In this document: positions 28,294-37,668 of the stretch, piece by piece
Position numbering within the stretch: position 1 is the first letter of the stretch
Layout of the letters: each line of letters begins with the position of its first letter
Origin: a virus
Lineage: Duplodnaviria > Heunggongvirae > Uroviricota > Caudoviricetes
Length of the DNA: 64,000 nucleotides
Virus record (IMG/VR): IMGVR_UViG_3300029841_000117
Span: 26,681 to 90,680 of that record
Strand: one strand, 5' to 3'
The notes under the pieces: generated by a model
Told to the model about the DNA's origin: nothing
Seen by the model: the letters and a program-made list of their open reading frames with translations, nothing else
Databases searched by the model: none
Translations under genes and position numbers: made by a program

Positions 28294-28545
28294 CTACATC
28301 CATTCGGAGACAGTCCAGTATGTCAAACTGCCATTCTCTTCGTACTCGTATTTTGAAATAACCTCATCCACAGAATAGTAATCGCCATCAGCAGGAATGA
28401 GCTTATCACCATCCCAAGAACAATAACCAACCAACAATCCCTGTTCAATTCTCTCGCTGCTTAGATACGGCAAAAGGCTTTCTGGATAGTTGGTTCTAAC
28501 CATAATTTCAACTGGATGATTTGGAAGGACATCCCTGACTGTCAT
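28294..28545 (-). CDS. Hypothetical protein
   Basis: ORF in the array. Confidence 0.35.
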   Translation of the reverse strand: MTVRDVLPNHPVEIMVRTNYPESLLPYLSSERIEQGLLVGYCSWDGDKLIPADGDYYSVDEVISKYEYEENGSLTYWTVSEWM

Positions 28546-28750
28546 TGGTTCTTCTCCTGTTAATTACCCCATCGATATGTCCAACTTTAATGAAGCCTTC
28601 CGGCTCGTCCAAGTCAATCGCATATCCGTTATTGATTTTAATGAACGATGTGCCATCCACAACCCACAGGTCACCGAAGCATGGATTCAAATAGATGTCA
28701 CCATCTTGGTATTTTTCGTTCTTGTGCTCGTTGCGCTCAGTCACAGCCAC
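28508..28750 (-). CDS. Hypothetical protein
   Basis: ORF in the array. Confidence 0.3.
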   Translation of the reverse strand: MAVTERNEHKNEKYQDGDIYLNPCFGDLWVVDGTSFIKINNGYAIDLDEPEGFIKVGHIDGVINRRRTNDSQGCPSKSSS

Positions 28751-28771
28751 ACCTCCAATCGGTCATCTTAA

Positions 28772-28884
28772 ATGTGGGCGAGGATTTGCACCTCGCATGG
28801 AAAGAAAATTGGTTTGACGGGTTTATCAGGTCTGCAGCACTGTCTCTCCCACCCGCTCGGCGTCTACCTATTCCGCCACCACAT
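28772..28884 (-). other. Oversized tRNA-like element B (113 nt), paralogue of element A
   Basis: Minus strand: D-arm TGGCGGAATAGGTAGACGCC identical in pattern to bacterial tRNA-Leu. T-arm-like CGAGGTGCAAATCCTCG. Acceptor ATGTGGT/CCCACAT pairs 6 of 7. About 60 nt between the arms have no canonical anticodon stem-loop. Confidence 0.4.
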
Positions 28885-28895
28885 ATGTTCTATGT

Positions 28896-29216
28896 TCAGC
28901 TTAATCCATCCACAAAATCCCACTCGATATTGTAACGGAATTCATCGTTCAAAATTCCGTCCAGCAGTTCGTCGATATACTCCTCATCGTCTCGGTCTGT
29001 CGGGACGGGAATAATCATCTCAAACTCTGGAGCAAACGTGGACGGTTTCACCCAAATCGTTCTTTTCTCCATAGCTGGAACCTCCTTGTCGCATAAGGGG
29101 CAATACCCTGCAGTTTCGCCAAACTGTATATTCACATGATGCCCGCATCTTGGGCAGTGGATAATGCCGCTCATGCAAATCAACCTTTCACAAATCTCTT
29201 TCCGCACAGCGGACAA
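28896..29216 (-). CDS. Zinc-ribbon hypothetical protein
   Basis: CPRCGH...CPLC motifs. Confidence 0.35.
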   Translation of the reverse strand: MSAVRKEICERLICMSGIIHCPRCGHHVNIQFGETAGYCPLCDKEVPAMEKRTIWVKPSTFAPEFEMIIPVPTDRDDEEYIDELLDGILNDEFRYNIEWDFVDGLS

Positions 29217-29383
29217 CTGCGTATCTCGACAATGTCTTGGGTTGTAAAACCACCGTCATCGTCAAGCACTCTTACTCTCAACATCCCTTGTCTGTTTACG
29301 GACATCTCAATGCCGCTATATTCAGCGGTCTGGTTCATTGGAACAAAATCATTTGTCCCAGATTCACAATATGGACATTTCAT
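29180..29383 (-). CDS. Zinc-ribbon hypothetical protein
   Basis: CPYC...CPLCG motifs. Confidence 0.35.
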   Translation of the reverse strand: MKCPYCESGTNDFVPMNQTAEYSGIEMSVNRQGMLRVRVLDDDGGFTTQDIVEIRSCPLCGKRFVKG

Positions 29384-29586
29384 CTGACTACCCTCGTCTC
29401 TCTTTGCAAGAACTTTTTAATGCAGTCTCCACAATCATAGCTGACCTTGCAATTGTTCCCGCAACAATCGCCATCGCTCACAAAAGAGCAAAGCACATTC
29501 TCGCAAGTATCCCCGCCGCAAAACTCTATCAGCTCATCGGTATTCATAGTGGCTATTTTCCTTTTGATTTCCTCGAAATTAGTCAT
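29380..29586 (-). CDS. Small Cys-rich hypothetical protein
   Basis: 10 Cys in 68 aa. Confidence 0.3.
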   Translation of the reverse strand: MTNFEEIKRKIATMNTDELIEFCGGDTCENVLCSFVSDGDCCGNNCKVSYDCGDCIKKFLQRETRVVR

Positions 29587-29590
29587 CGAA

Positions 29591-30370
29591 TTAACCTTTC
29601 ATATCTTTCCAGTAGCAGTAGAGACACCCGTAGGGGCATCTCGTCTTATGTTTCAGCAGTTCAGTTTTCCCTGCATAACACATACAGCCCTTTCGTTGAT
29701 AGCCAGCCCCGCTTGATTCTGCATCCTCAGAAAATCCGAGCAGATTGAGGTCGTAGTCTGAAATGCAGCCACAGGCAATCGGCTCCGTAAGACCGGGTTC
29801 TGCACAGGACTCAATTCGGAGAACTTTGCCGTTATCCAGCCCTTCCCAGAACTGCTTTGCTTGCCGCAGCATATCGTCCACTTTTGAAAGCTGTGCTTGA
29901 GACGGAGCGAAACCGCTATCGCCATAGGGAAGCGGCAATCCAGCCTTTTTGAACCGGCTTCTTGCGTGTGGATACATATCAATAACGCTCACTCTGTATC
30001 GCTGAAATCCCATTTCCATAAAGGAAATCATTGTACGGTATGCAACTGAAAGTCCTTTCTCTGTGGGGATGATGGGGTCGATGCGAATGACGATTTTCTC
30101 CATCGGGAACCCAGCTTTAACCAACTCCATAATTGCGGCAAACTCCTCGTATGGAGTTGGTACATTAGGTTCCAAAGCAGAGTGCCCGTATCCAGTGATT
30201 GTTGCATGGACAATGAGTCTGTCTTTGTGTTCAAGAGCGGCATCGAAGAAATCCGGCGACACACACTTCGTAATTAGAACAGCAGCATCAACTCTGTCTA
30301 ATTTCTCGACCCAAGACAAATCAACGCCTGCGTCTCCCGCTTCTGTAATTCCAATCTTGTATAATGCCAT
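29591..30370 (-). CDS. Hypothetical protein with C-terminal Cys cluster (possible Fe-S, DUF1848-like)
   Basis: C-terminal GCMCYAGKTELLKHKTRCPYGCLYCYW. The family assignment is uncertain. Confidence 0.4.
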   Translation of the reverse strand: MALYKIGITEAGDAGVDLSWVEKLDRVDAAVLITKCVSPDFFDAALEHKDRLIVHATITGYGHSALEPNVPTPYEEFAAIMELVKAGFPMEKIVIRIDPIIPTEKGLSVAYRTMISFMEMGFQRYRVSVIDMYPHARSRFKKAGLPLPYGDSGFAPSQAQLSKVDDMLRQAKQFWEGLDNGKVLRIESCAEPGLTEPIACGCISDYDLNLLGFSEDAESSGAGYQRKGCMCYAGKTELLKHKTRCPYGCLYCYWKDMKG

Positions 30371-30376
30371 ATCAAA

Positions 30377-30733
30377 TCAGCCTTTCATCCATTCGTGTAT
30401 GAATTTAATTGCCGCGCCTTCACTTTTTTGTTCTGCATTAAACTCCATGTCGTCGAAACCAAGCTGCTCAAAAATACATTCTGCCATAATCTGCAACGCT
30501 CCACGAAAACCGTAGTCAGCAACCATCTGTTCCAGAGAAGCATAGTATGAGGAGCAGTATGTGCAAATTTCGTCCAGAGTATAGTCCTGTAGGTCAACAA
30601 CAGCGTGACACACAATATAATTCCCAAACCATTCTCTGTACTCGATGTAGCTGTATCTTGTATCCGTCACCTTTGCCATATACTGGGCGCAATCTGGGTC
30701 TGTGCAGGTATAGTTAAGCTTCAGTTTCTTCAT
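30377..30733 (-). CDS. Hypothetical protein
   Basis: ORF in the array. Confidence 0.35.
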   Translation of the reverse strand: MKKLKLNYTCTDPDCAQYMAKVTDTRYSYIEYREWFGNYIVCHAVVDLQDYTLDEICTYCSSYYASLEQMVADYGFRGALQIMAECIFEQLGFDDMEFNAEQKSEGAAIKFIHEWMKG

Positions 30734-30734
30734 G

Positions 30735-30998
30735 TCAGCCGTTTACCCCGTTTACCAGCGATTCCAGCATATCTTTTAGCTCTGTGTCGTCTGGCATAAT
30801 GACATCGTAGTTGAACGGGAAGAGGCGCTTGATGCCAAGAATCTGTTCCTTATTGGAATAGACGACCTCGGTCACCGAAACCATACACATTTCCATGTAC
30901 TTCTTTGTAAGCTCGTCTTTTGTATCGCCAACGACTTTGAACCAATAGTCTTCATACTCATCATCCATATGGTCAAAGATAAAATCTTCTCTCTTCAT
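30735..30998 (-). CDS. Hypothetical protein
   Basis: ORF in the array. Confidence 0.3.
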   Translation of the reverse strand: MKREDFIFDHMDDEYEDYWFKVVGDTKDELTKKYMEMCMVSVTEVVYSNKEQILGIKRLFPFNYDVIMPDDTELKDMLESLVNGVNG

Positions 30999-31013
30999 AA
31001 ATTCTCCTTCCGC

Positions 31014-31211
31014 TCATTCTCCAACTTGTTTATCCGATGCGCTATAAACAAGTTCTTTCCGTAGCTCATTCTTCAATCTGCACTTAGCCAACCGCTTGTT
31101 GGACTTTTTGGCTTTTGCCCACCCATTGTGGTTGTTCGCCCAGCAAGCATATCTGTGGCTGAACTCAGACTGCCAGCCGAGTTTTCCTTTATAAGTGTTA
31201 GCCTTCTTCAT
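31014..31211 (-). CDS. Hypothetical small basic protein
   Basis: Short ORF. Confidence 0.25.
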   Translation of the reverse strand: MKKANTYKGKLGWQSEFSHRYACWANNHNGWAKAKKSNKRLAKCRLKNELRKELVYSASDKQVGE

Positions 31212-31219
31212 AGTTCACA

Positions 31220-31633
31220 TCACATTTCTGCTCTGACCCGCATAAGGATTTTACCAAGGCGATTTTCTCCAACGCCATCACAGACGCCCCAGATGCGGTC
31301 GCCCCAAGTGTTGCCTTCAATGAGTTCGGCATCCTTGGTCGCAACAAGCTTGTCTGCCAAATCAGGATTCTGTGAGAACTTTGCCTTGCAAATCTCATAC
31401 ATAACGGTATCTTTGACCGCCTCCCAGTCACCACGGAGCTTAACCCTACGCCCAAGCCTCTTTGCCTCTGACGGATTCAGACGGCAAAACTCAGTCATAC
31501 GTTCTGGGCATTTAGCCGCTTGAAACGCCGCCTCGTTATTCTCAAAACACATTCCGTTGTAGGTAACTGGTGCCGAGTAGAAGTTACTCAGAAAATAATA
31601 CTCACCTCTAAACTCGCTGATACTTACTCCCAT
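31220..31633 (-). CDS. NADAR-domain protein (YbiA/DUF1768 family; NAD and ADP-ribose associated)
   Basis: FRGEYYFLSNFY ... ENNEAAFQAAK ... EGNTWGDRIWG matches the NADAR core. Confidence 0.6.
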   Translation of the reverse strand: MGVSISEFRGEYYFLSNFYSAPVTYNGMCFENNEAAFQAAKCPERMTEFCRLNPSEAKRLGRRVKLRGDWEAVKDTVMYEICKAKFSQNPDLADKLVATKDAELIEGNTWGDRIWGVCDGVGENRLGKILMRVRAEM

Positions 31634-31645
31634 GTTATACCCCCA

Positions 31646-31861
31646 TCATTTCGTATCGATATATACAGAGCATATGTCCGGTTCTTTTGTCGTCAGACGC
31701 TGCGCCAACCACTCTTTCCCGATGAATTTATCGAATAGGGAGCACGTTACCATGTCGGCATTAACTTCTCGTACAAATCCAACCGGTGTGTAGTCCACAA
31801 GAACTGGGATTCCCACTGTTGATTGACTGTATGAACCATCGTTCTTAAAAAATATATCCAT
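31646..31861 (-). CDS. Hypothetical protein
   Basis: ORF in the array. Confidence 0.3.
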   Translation of the reverse strand: MDIFFKNDGSYSQSTVGIPVLVDYTPVGFVREVNADMVTCSLFDKFIGKEWLAQRLTTKEPDICSVYIDTK

Positions 31862-31867
31862 AGCGGC

Positions 31868-32308
31868 TTAGCTCCTCCAGCATTTCAGGTCTTCGTCCCA
31901 CCACTCCGTAGTTGTGTACGGTGACTTTTTGCGGTAAGTTATCCTGTGCAGATAGTTCCGTCCACAGTGATGGAATTCTTCAAAGGCACGCTCTTCATCA
32001 GGGAAATATACAACATTGCTGTACGTTGACCCGGAGCCAAGGATTTCTGGCTCCTCAATGCCAGTTTCATAAAGCACCCTACAATCAGAGTCGGTGTCTT
32101 CCTCCTCGTCGAAGTCGCAGTTCTCTTCATCGAGCTCATCGCTGTCTGAAATGTACTCAAGTTCGCCAAGGTTAATCTCGTCAATATGTTCTTTGGCATA
32201 TTTGATTGCCTCTTCAAACGTCAGTTCGCGTGGAACCATAATACTGCTGTTATACACAGCCATACATTGGACGGTCACATTGAGCTTCCGCATATTTTTA
32301 TTCTCCAT
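31868..32308 (-). CDS. Hypothetical acidic protein
   Basis: ORF in the array. Confidence 0.35.
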   Translation of the reverse strand: MENKNMRKLNVTVQCMAVYNSSIMVPRELTFEEAIKYAKEHIDEINLGELEYISDSDELDEENCDFDEEEDTDSDCRVLYETGIEEPEILGSGSTYSNVVYFPDEERAFEEFHHCGRNYLHRITYRKKSPYTTTEWWDEDLKCWRS

Positions 32309-32931
32309 TAGTCAACCTCCCACGCATAATCGAAATGTCTCCGGTACGAATTTCCTTTACGAACGTCGCCCTTATAGCGTCTGATTTTTCTATTGGAATA
32401 TGCCTTCCAAAACGTCTGCCTGTTTGAGTTCTTGGGGTACTGGATGTAACTTCCGACCGGCTGATAAACGCCGTCTTTCCAACCCCAGTCTGTATAGCCG
32501 ATACTTGACTTATATCCGTAGGTCATAATACGCATCAGCTTTTCTTTCTTCTGTTTGCGCATCTTGCGCCGATATGCTCTCCCGGTTTTTCTCGGTTCAC
32601 ACAGTTTGCCCTGCGGCTTGTCCGCCTCAAAAGCATCACTGCAATAACCACTGATAAAAAACTCAGTCTGGACTTTATCGCAACCGCAGTATTCAAGCTG
32701 CGGTTCGTAGCCACCTTCTCTTGCAACCCTGAGCCTATGCTCAATGCCTTCACAAATTGGGCATTCATCACAAGTGAACTTTCTTCCACAGAACTCAAGC
32801 ATGATTGACCTCCTGATGAAAAGTCTTACTGCTTCGTCAAGATATACTCCGTATTTGCTGTTTGGATAGTAATTGTGTCTTCGCCGTTTCCCCACGGAGT
32901 AAAATCCAAAACAGTAGATGTATGTAGGCAA
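32308..32931 (-). CDS. Hypothetical Cys-rich basic protein (start may be the internal Met near 32802)
   Basis: The longest frame overlaps the upstream ORF by about 100 nt. An internal Met (MLEFCGRKF) avoids the overlap. Confidence 0.35.
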   Translation of the reverse strand: MPTYIYCFGFYSVGKRRRHNYYPNSKYGVYLDEAVRLFIRRSIMLEFCGRKFTCDECPICEGIEHRLRVAREGGYEPQLEYCGCDKVQTEFFISGYCSDAFEADKPQGKLCEPRKTGRAYRRKMRKQKKEKLMRIMTYGYKSSIGYTDWGWKDGVYQPVGSYIQYPKNSNRQTFWKAYSNRKIRRYKGDVRKGNSYRRHFDYAWEVD

Positions 32932-33137
32932 TGATACCGGTCGTCATAATCGGGCAAATACTTGATAAAGCCACGCTCTCCGACCTCCAAGTAAACAACG
33001 TATGCCTTTCGACCGAGCACCTCGTCATGCAATGGATTTGCTCTGCCGTTTTTGCTCTTAATCGATGTAATCGTGTAATAAGCCGCTGGGACATATGTCC
33101 TGCTTAGCTCATATCCCTTCCACAAATCCATAATCAT
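32826..33137 (-). CDS. Hypothetical protein
   Basis: ORF in the array. Confidence 0.3.
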   Translation of the reverse strand: MIMDLWKGYELSRTYVPAAYYTITSIKSKNGRANPLHDEVLGRKAYVVYLEVGERGFIKYLPDYDDRYHCLHTSTVLDFTPWGNGEDTITIQTANTEYILTKQ

Positions 33138-33282
33138 CCTCCATCAATTGCAGTTTCGTCCGCGCTACTCGCTTTGCGCTGGCGTGTCTTCCTTGCAGTT
33201 ATTTCTTTGTTTGCAGAACCAGCACCCGTCTTGCCCCCACCAAAACCAGTCTGGCATTGATGGTCTTGGTTTTCTTTTCGCC

Positions 33283-33528
33283 TTACCCACAATTATGCCT
33301 CTCACAAGGGAACGGACAACTATCGCACTGCGAATAGTCACAAGCATTTTCATAGTCGCACAGGCAAAGACACTTCAACCAATATGCAAGACCGCCAATG
33401 ACTGCTGCTGTTGCCAGCGCAAACAGAATTACACGAAAAATCATGTCCACCACCTCACCAGCAATCGTAGTCAGTAATGTCTTTTTCTTCGCCGCAGACA
33501 GGACACTTAATTGTAATCGCCGTTCCAA
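33283..33528 (-). CDS. Small membrane protein with Cys-rich tail
   Basis: TM helix ILFALATAAVIGGLAYWL. Confidence 0.3.
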   Translation of the reverse strand: MERRLQLSVLSAAKKKTLLTTIAGEVVDMIFRVILFALATAAVIGGLAYWLKCLCLCDYENACDYSQCDSCPFPCERHNCG

Positions 33529-33817
33529 TGCCTGTTCCGGTCAACTCGTACAAATACTTGCTGCCATTCTTACATGACTTGTAGTGACTGTCTCTGAACG
33601 CTCTTTCTGCTTTCTTCTCGTTATCTGACATCTGACATAAGGAATGGGTGCGACAATACTCAGTCATCTCCACTGCCCTTTGAATCTCTTCATCCTTGTT
33701 CCATTCGGCGACCTTCTTTTGCAGGCTCTTATTCAGTTCAGCGAGGAAATCATATTCGTCCTGCACATCTTTCAACAACCCCTTGAAATCTCTGTGAACT
33801 CTGAGCATTTGTGTCAC
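33455..33817 (-). CDS. Hypothetical protein with C-terminal CPVCG zinc ribbon
   Basis: ORF in the array. Confidence 0.35.
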   Translation of the reverse strand: MTQMLRVHRDFKGLLKDVQDEYDFLAELNKSLQKKVAEWNKDEEIQRAVEMTEYCRTHSLCQMSDNEKKAERAFRDSHYKSCKNGSKYLYELTGTGIGTAITIKCPVCGEEKDITDYDCW

Positions 33818-33891
33818 TCCTTTCGATTCTTTTCTTCAAGCAATCATAGGCTGGATTGCTCAAAGAAAAGAGCCGAATAACTCGGCTCTGT

Positions 33892-34347
33892 TTATATGTA
33901 AGCGGCTTGTAATGAGCCGCTCCGTTCTCTTCGTAACATTCCGAGAAGCCTGTCTGCGTCTACGTCTGTCAAAATCCTGTACCATTCAGAATGGAAGAAC
34001 AGCTCCAGACTTTTTAACAACCCCTCGTCTTCATTACGAAGTGCCGAACGATAATCATCTGCTGCGACTGCAACAATGGCATTTGCCAAATTATGCCACG
34101 GGTCGTCTCCACTGCGATTTAGTCTGTGTAAACTAATAGAGTCTGTTGGTTTTCGCTTGCTCAAACAACCACAAGAATTTCTTCGTCCAGCCTTTAAGTT
34201 GAGCGCATATTCAACAAATATTTTTCCGCACTCGCATTGGCATAGCCACTTGGCGTGTCTGGTATTTCCGTTATCAGCACGAGAAATAACCTTTACCATG
34301 CCATTACCAAACTCCATTCCTGTCAAATCTTCTACTGCTCTTGGCAT
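33892..34347 (-). CDS. Hypothetical protein with CQCECG...CGC zinc-binding motif
   Basis: ORF in the array. Confidence 0.35.
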   Translation of the reverse strand: MPRAVEDLTGMEFGNGMVKVISRADNGNTRHAKWLCQCECGKIFVEYALNLKAGRRNSCGCLSKRKPTDSISLHRLNRSGDDPWHNLANAIVAVAADDYRSALRNEDEGLLKSLELFFHSEWYRILTDVDADRLLGMLRRERSGSLQAAYI

Positions 34348-34353
34348 TAAAAA

Positions 34354-34623
34354 TCAGTCCTTTTCTGCGAGAAGGAAGTCAGGGTTGATAACCTTGAAGC
34401 TGATGTTGCTTCGGACATTGCGCATAACTACACCTTCTCGTTTTTGTTCCTTACGAACCACTGATTTTCCCTTGGAATACTCGACCAGCTCAGCGATAGT
34501 TTCGGGCAGGGTTTTGTCCTCCTCAACAATCGGAACAGTCTTAATTCCATACGGCTCAAGCAGTTTCTTGATTTCTGCCGTGCCACACTTGTGGTCTGGA
34601 TAAATCAGGTTAAAGGCAAACAA
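34354..34623 (-). CDS. Hypothetical protein
   Basis: ORF in the array. Confidence 0.3.
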   Translation of the reverse strand: MFAFNLIYPDHKCGTAEIKKLLEPYGIKTVPIVEEDKTLPETIAELVEYSKGKSVVRKEQKREGVVMRNVRSNISFKVINPDFLLAEKD

Positions 34624-34721
34624 GTCGTACCCACTAATGTGGTACTTGTTGCCCTGAATCTGGTTGCCGCAAATCTCACCTTGTAAAACGATGGTTTTAA
34701 TAATTCAAAGGAGGGTGTCCT

Positions 34722-35489
34722 ATGCGACATTTGGCAACAATCCGTGAGATTGCATCTCTTCGCCCGATTGCAGGAGCTGACCGCATTGAAGTTGCGCAGG
34801 TCGATGGTTGGGAATGTGTGGTTCAGAAAGGCGAGTTCCATACAGGAGAGCATATCGTTTACATTGAGGTCGATTCTATCGTCCCAGAGCGCCCAGAGTT
34901 CGAGTTCTTGAGAGACAGAAAGTTCAGAGTTCGCACCATTAAGCTGCGTGGTCAGGTCAGTCAGGGTTTGGTTCTCCCGCTGTCCATTCTGCCGAATGGC
35001 GCTCCCGCCGATTTGGGTGCCGATGTGACCGATGTTTTGGGCATCAAGAAATATGACCCTGAAGCACAGCAGGAGGCGCAGCTCTTAACAAAGCAACCTC
35101 AGAAACCACAAAGTGCAATCGCTCATTTCTTGATGCGGTTTAAGTGGTATCGTAAGTTGTTTATGAAACCCAAACGCAAGGGTGGATTTCCTGATTGGAT
35201 TGTCAAGACGGATGAAACCCGCATTCAAAACCTTACGACGCTCTTTGAGATGGAGCGTAACAAGGGAACGAAGTTCTCTGTCACAGAGAAAGTTGATGGG
35301 CAGTCAGCGACGTATTACCTGCGCAAAATTTCCAAGCGCAAGTATGAGTTTGGTGTTTGCAGCCGTAATATCTATCTCGGAACGCCGGATAACAGTTCTT
35401 ACTGGACGATTGCTAAGAAGTACAATATCGAAAACGTACTGCGGCAGCTTATCGGTGATTATGAAACCATCGTTTTTAGCTTCTGCTGA
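34722..35489 (+). pseudogene. Truncated Rnl-type ATP-dependent RNA ligase (N-terminal OB module + motifs I and Ia only)
   Basis: Strong RBS AAAGGAGGG then ATG. MRHLATIREIASLRPIAGADRIEVAQVDGWECVV matches the N-terminal module of DraRnl/Rnl5-type ligases, followed by motif I TEKVDGQSATYY and motif Ia FGVCSRN. A stop follows immediately, so motifs III-V are absent and no downstream frame continues the gene. Confidence 0.5.
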
Positions 35490-35967
35490 TAACTCTTTTG
35501 AACTTCAATGAGCTATTTGCGATGTAATCATCAATCAGTTTGCTCTGTGCTTTTGTCTCTGCATAGGCAGTGATGGTGATGGACTTTTTGCTCCAGTCCA
35601 AGGTATAGCTGTCTGCAGCGACATTCGTGATGTGATGTGTTGCCAGAAAATCTCGAAACTCTTGCATCGCCTCCAAATTATCCGACATAATGACGTTCAC
35701 ATAGGTCTTGTCTTTTGAGAACCTGTTGCTTAATGCGACAGCTAAACAGCAGCCAACACCGCTTGCAATGGAAACAGTTGCAAGGGCGAGGCTGCTGTCA
35801 CTTGTTACGATATCTTTTGTGATGCTAAGGTAGATAAAATTTGACAAGCCGAGAGCGACTCCGGCAAGGACACAACGATTTCTCTGTACCAAGATTGTCT
35901 TGGCTGTACCAAGCGTGTTGTCCAGCACCTTAGCGAAAAATAAAATGACCAGATATACGGCTGTCAA
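35476..35967 (-). CDS. Membrane protein (DUF2179/YitT-like C-terminal domain)
   Basis: Three predicted TM helices, then NVIMSDNLEAMQEFRDFL...HHITNV. Confidence 0.45.
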   Translation of the reverse strand: MTAVYLVILFFAKVLDNTLGTAKTILVQRNRCVLAGVALGLSNFIYLSITKDIVTSDSSLALATVSIASGVGCCLAVALSNRFSKDKTYVNVIMSDNLEAMQEFRDFLATHHITNVAADSYTLDWSKKSITITAYAETKAQSKLIDDYIANSSLKFKRVISRS

Positions 35968-35983
35968 ATAATCTCCTCCTTAT

Positions 35984-36199
35984 TTAGAAATCAAAAAATT
36001 CTTGGTAAGCCCATACGCCGACAAAGATACCAGCGGGGATGCACCACAAAAGCAGAAAGGCTGGGTTATGCAGCTTGATGCTCCAAACAATTGGCATAAT
36101 CATCGTAAGAATGATTAGCGCAATCGAGACGATGGAGACAGCAATGCAAATTAGAACTTTAACCCAATCTTTTGCATTGTCCCACCATTTTTCCATCAC
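35984..36199 (-). CDS. Small membrane protein
   Basis: Two hydrophobic helices. Confidence 0.35.
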   Translation of the reverse strand: MMEKWWDNAKDWVKVLICIAVSIVSIALIILTMIMPIVWSIKLHNPAFLLLWCIPAGIFVGVWAYQEFFDF

Positions 36200-37086
36200 G
36201 GTTCGAGACTAATGATGGGCGTTGAGCCAGTCACCGTAGGCAGCTCGCCGTTCCACTGCTCATACTTGATTTTTTCAATCAACTCATTGGTAAGTGAAGC
36301 CGCAATCTTGCGGTTTGCGTCGGCTTCTGCCTCCGCAGCAATACGCAATGTCTCTGCTTTTGCTTCTGCTTCAATAACTGCTTTCTCTGCGTTAATCTGT
36401 GCGACCTCTCTGTCTTTCTCAGCCTGAACCTTGGCGGTTTGCTTTTCAATATTCGCCAACTCAAGCTCCTGCTGAGCAGTGACTTTCTTCTGGATAGCCG
36501 CAGCCGTTTCATCGTCAACTGAGATATCCGTAAAGTTTACAGTGTCAATAATGATGCCATACTGGTCGAACTTCTCACGCAAATAGGTATCCAACTCGGC
36601 ATTGATTTCAGTACGCTTGTCGCCAAAGATGTCGGTGACAGGGTAGTTTGCGGAAACTTCCTGCGTCCACGCCACAACCTTGGGCTTAATAAACGAATCC
36701 TTGATTGCCTCGCCAGATTTTCCTTTGAACATTGCAAAGGTTTCGGAGACTCGTGCCTCATCAAAACGATATGAGAACTCAATATTCACTCGGACAGTCT
36801 TACCATCAGAGGTAGGGATGTTGAAACTCTCATCCTTGGGTGAGTCGCCCTTATCCTCAGCCGTCAGATATGACTGCTCAATACCGATAGAATACTTGGT
36901 CACCTTTTTGGTCGGAGCAACCAGATGCCAGCCCTGTTCCAAGACCTCGCCATCAACGCCGCCGTTCATGTTATACACGACGCCGACGTAACCTGCGGGA
37001 ATCTTCTCCAGACACACAACGCAGCAAACCAAGCCGATAATCAGCACAAGTGCCAGCAAGATTGCGCCAAGTTTACCCTTCTTCAT
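36196..37086 (-). CDS. SPFH/band-7 (prohibitin/HflC-like) membrane protein
   Basis: N-terminal TM helix, SPFH-like core, and a long C-terminal coiled coil rich in A/E/K. Confidence 0.6.
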   Translation of the reverse strand: MKKGKLGAILLALVLIIGLVCCVVCLEKIPAGYVGVVYNMNGGVDGEVLEQGWHLVAPTKKVTKYSIGIEQSYLTAEDKGDSPKDESFNIPTSDGKTVRVNIEFSYRFDEARVSETFAMFKGKSGEAIKDSFIKPKVVAWTQEVSANYPVTDIFGDKRTEINAELDTYLREKFDQYGIIIDTVNFTDISVDDETAAAIQKKVTAQQELELANIEKQTAKVQAEKDREVAQINAEKAVIEAEAKAETLRIAAEAEADANRKIAASLTNELIEKIKYEQWNGELPTVTGSTPIISLEP

Positions 37087-37258
37087 TCTTTTACTTCCTT
37101 TTCTTCGTCAGTTTTTTTCTCCGTTTCCTCGGAGATTTCTTTCTTCGCATCATTGTACAATCGCATTCCAACTCCGCCGACGCCCTTAAAGGCGAAACTC
37201 AAACAGAACCAGATAAGCACAAGCACAATGACTACGATGAGCCAGAACACGATGTTCA
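37086..37258 (-). CDS. Small membrane protein (57 aa, below the ORF-track size cutoff)
   Basis: MNIVFWLIVVIVLVLIWFCLSFAFKG... read from the minus strand between two annotated genes. Confidence 0.25.
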
Positions 37259-37654
37259 TGTTGTTGCCTCCTGCTCTAAGACTCTTGGTATGTATGTGCG
37301 GGTTTCCATACGCTCTTCGACCTTTCTGGTCTTACCCAGCGCTTCACGCACAAGGTTCAAAAGGTTTTTGCCTTTGTCGCTTTCAAGAAACTGAACGAGC
37401 GGCTCAAGAATTTCTACCGTATCCTTGCACTCGCGCCGTGCTTGACGACACTTTGCAAGCTGTGTAGCAACTTTGGCTCGCTCTTTGTAATCAAGACCGT
37501 CAAGCTCCAGTTTGTGAAGGTAGTCCTGCGTGAGCCTATCCATGCGGTTCACCTCATCATAGTTCCACGCATAGTCCCTTTGCGCATTCTCCATCAGCTT
37601 ACAGAAGCTACTGATAGATTCTGAAAACTGTGGTGCCGCCTTTACTTTACCCAC
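37256..37654 (-). CDS. Hypothetical protein
   Basis: ORF in the array. Confidence 0.35.
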   Translation of the reverse strand: MGKVKAAPQFSESISSFCKLMENAQRDYAWNYDEVNRMDRLTQDYLHKLELDGLDYKERAKVATQLAKCRQARRECKDTVEILEPLVQFLESDKGKNLLNLVREALGKTRKVEERMETRTYIPRVLEQEATT

Positions 37655-37668
37655 GCAAGCCCCCTTTC

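Noticed and set aside
26528-28884. Elements A and B as two halves of a single tRNA gene split by a group I intron carrying the HNH gene
   Set aside because: Each element contains both a 5' acceptor with D-arm and a 3' T-arm with acceptor that pair internally. They are therefore independent units, not halves, although homing-endonuclease involvement in their origin remains possible.
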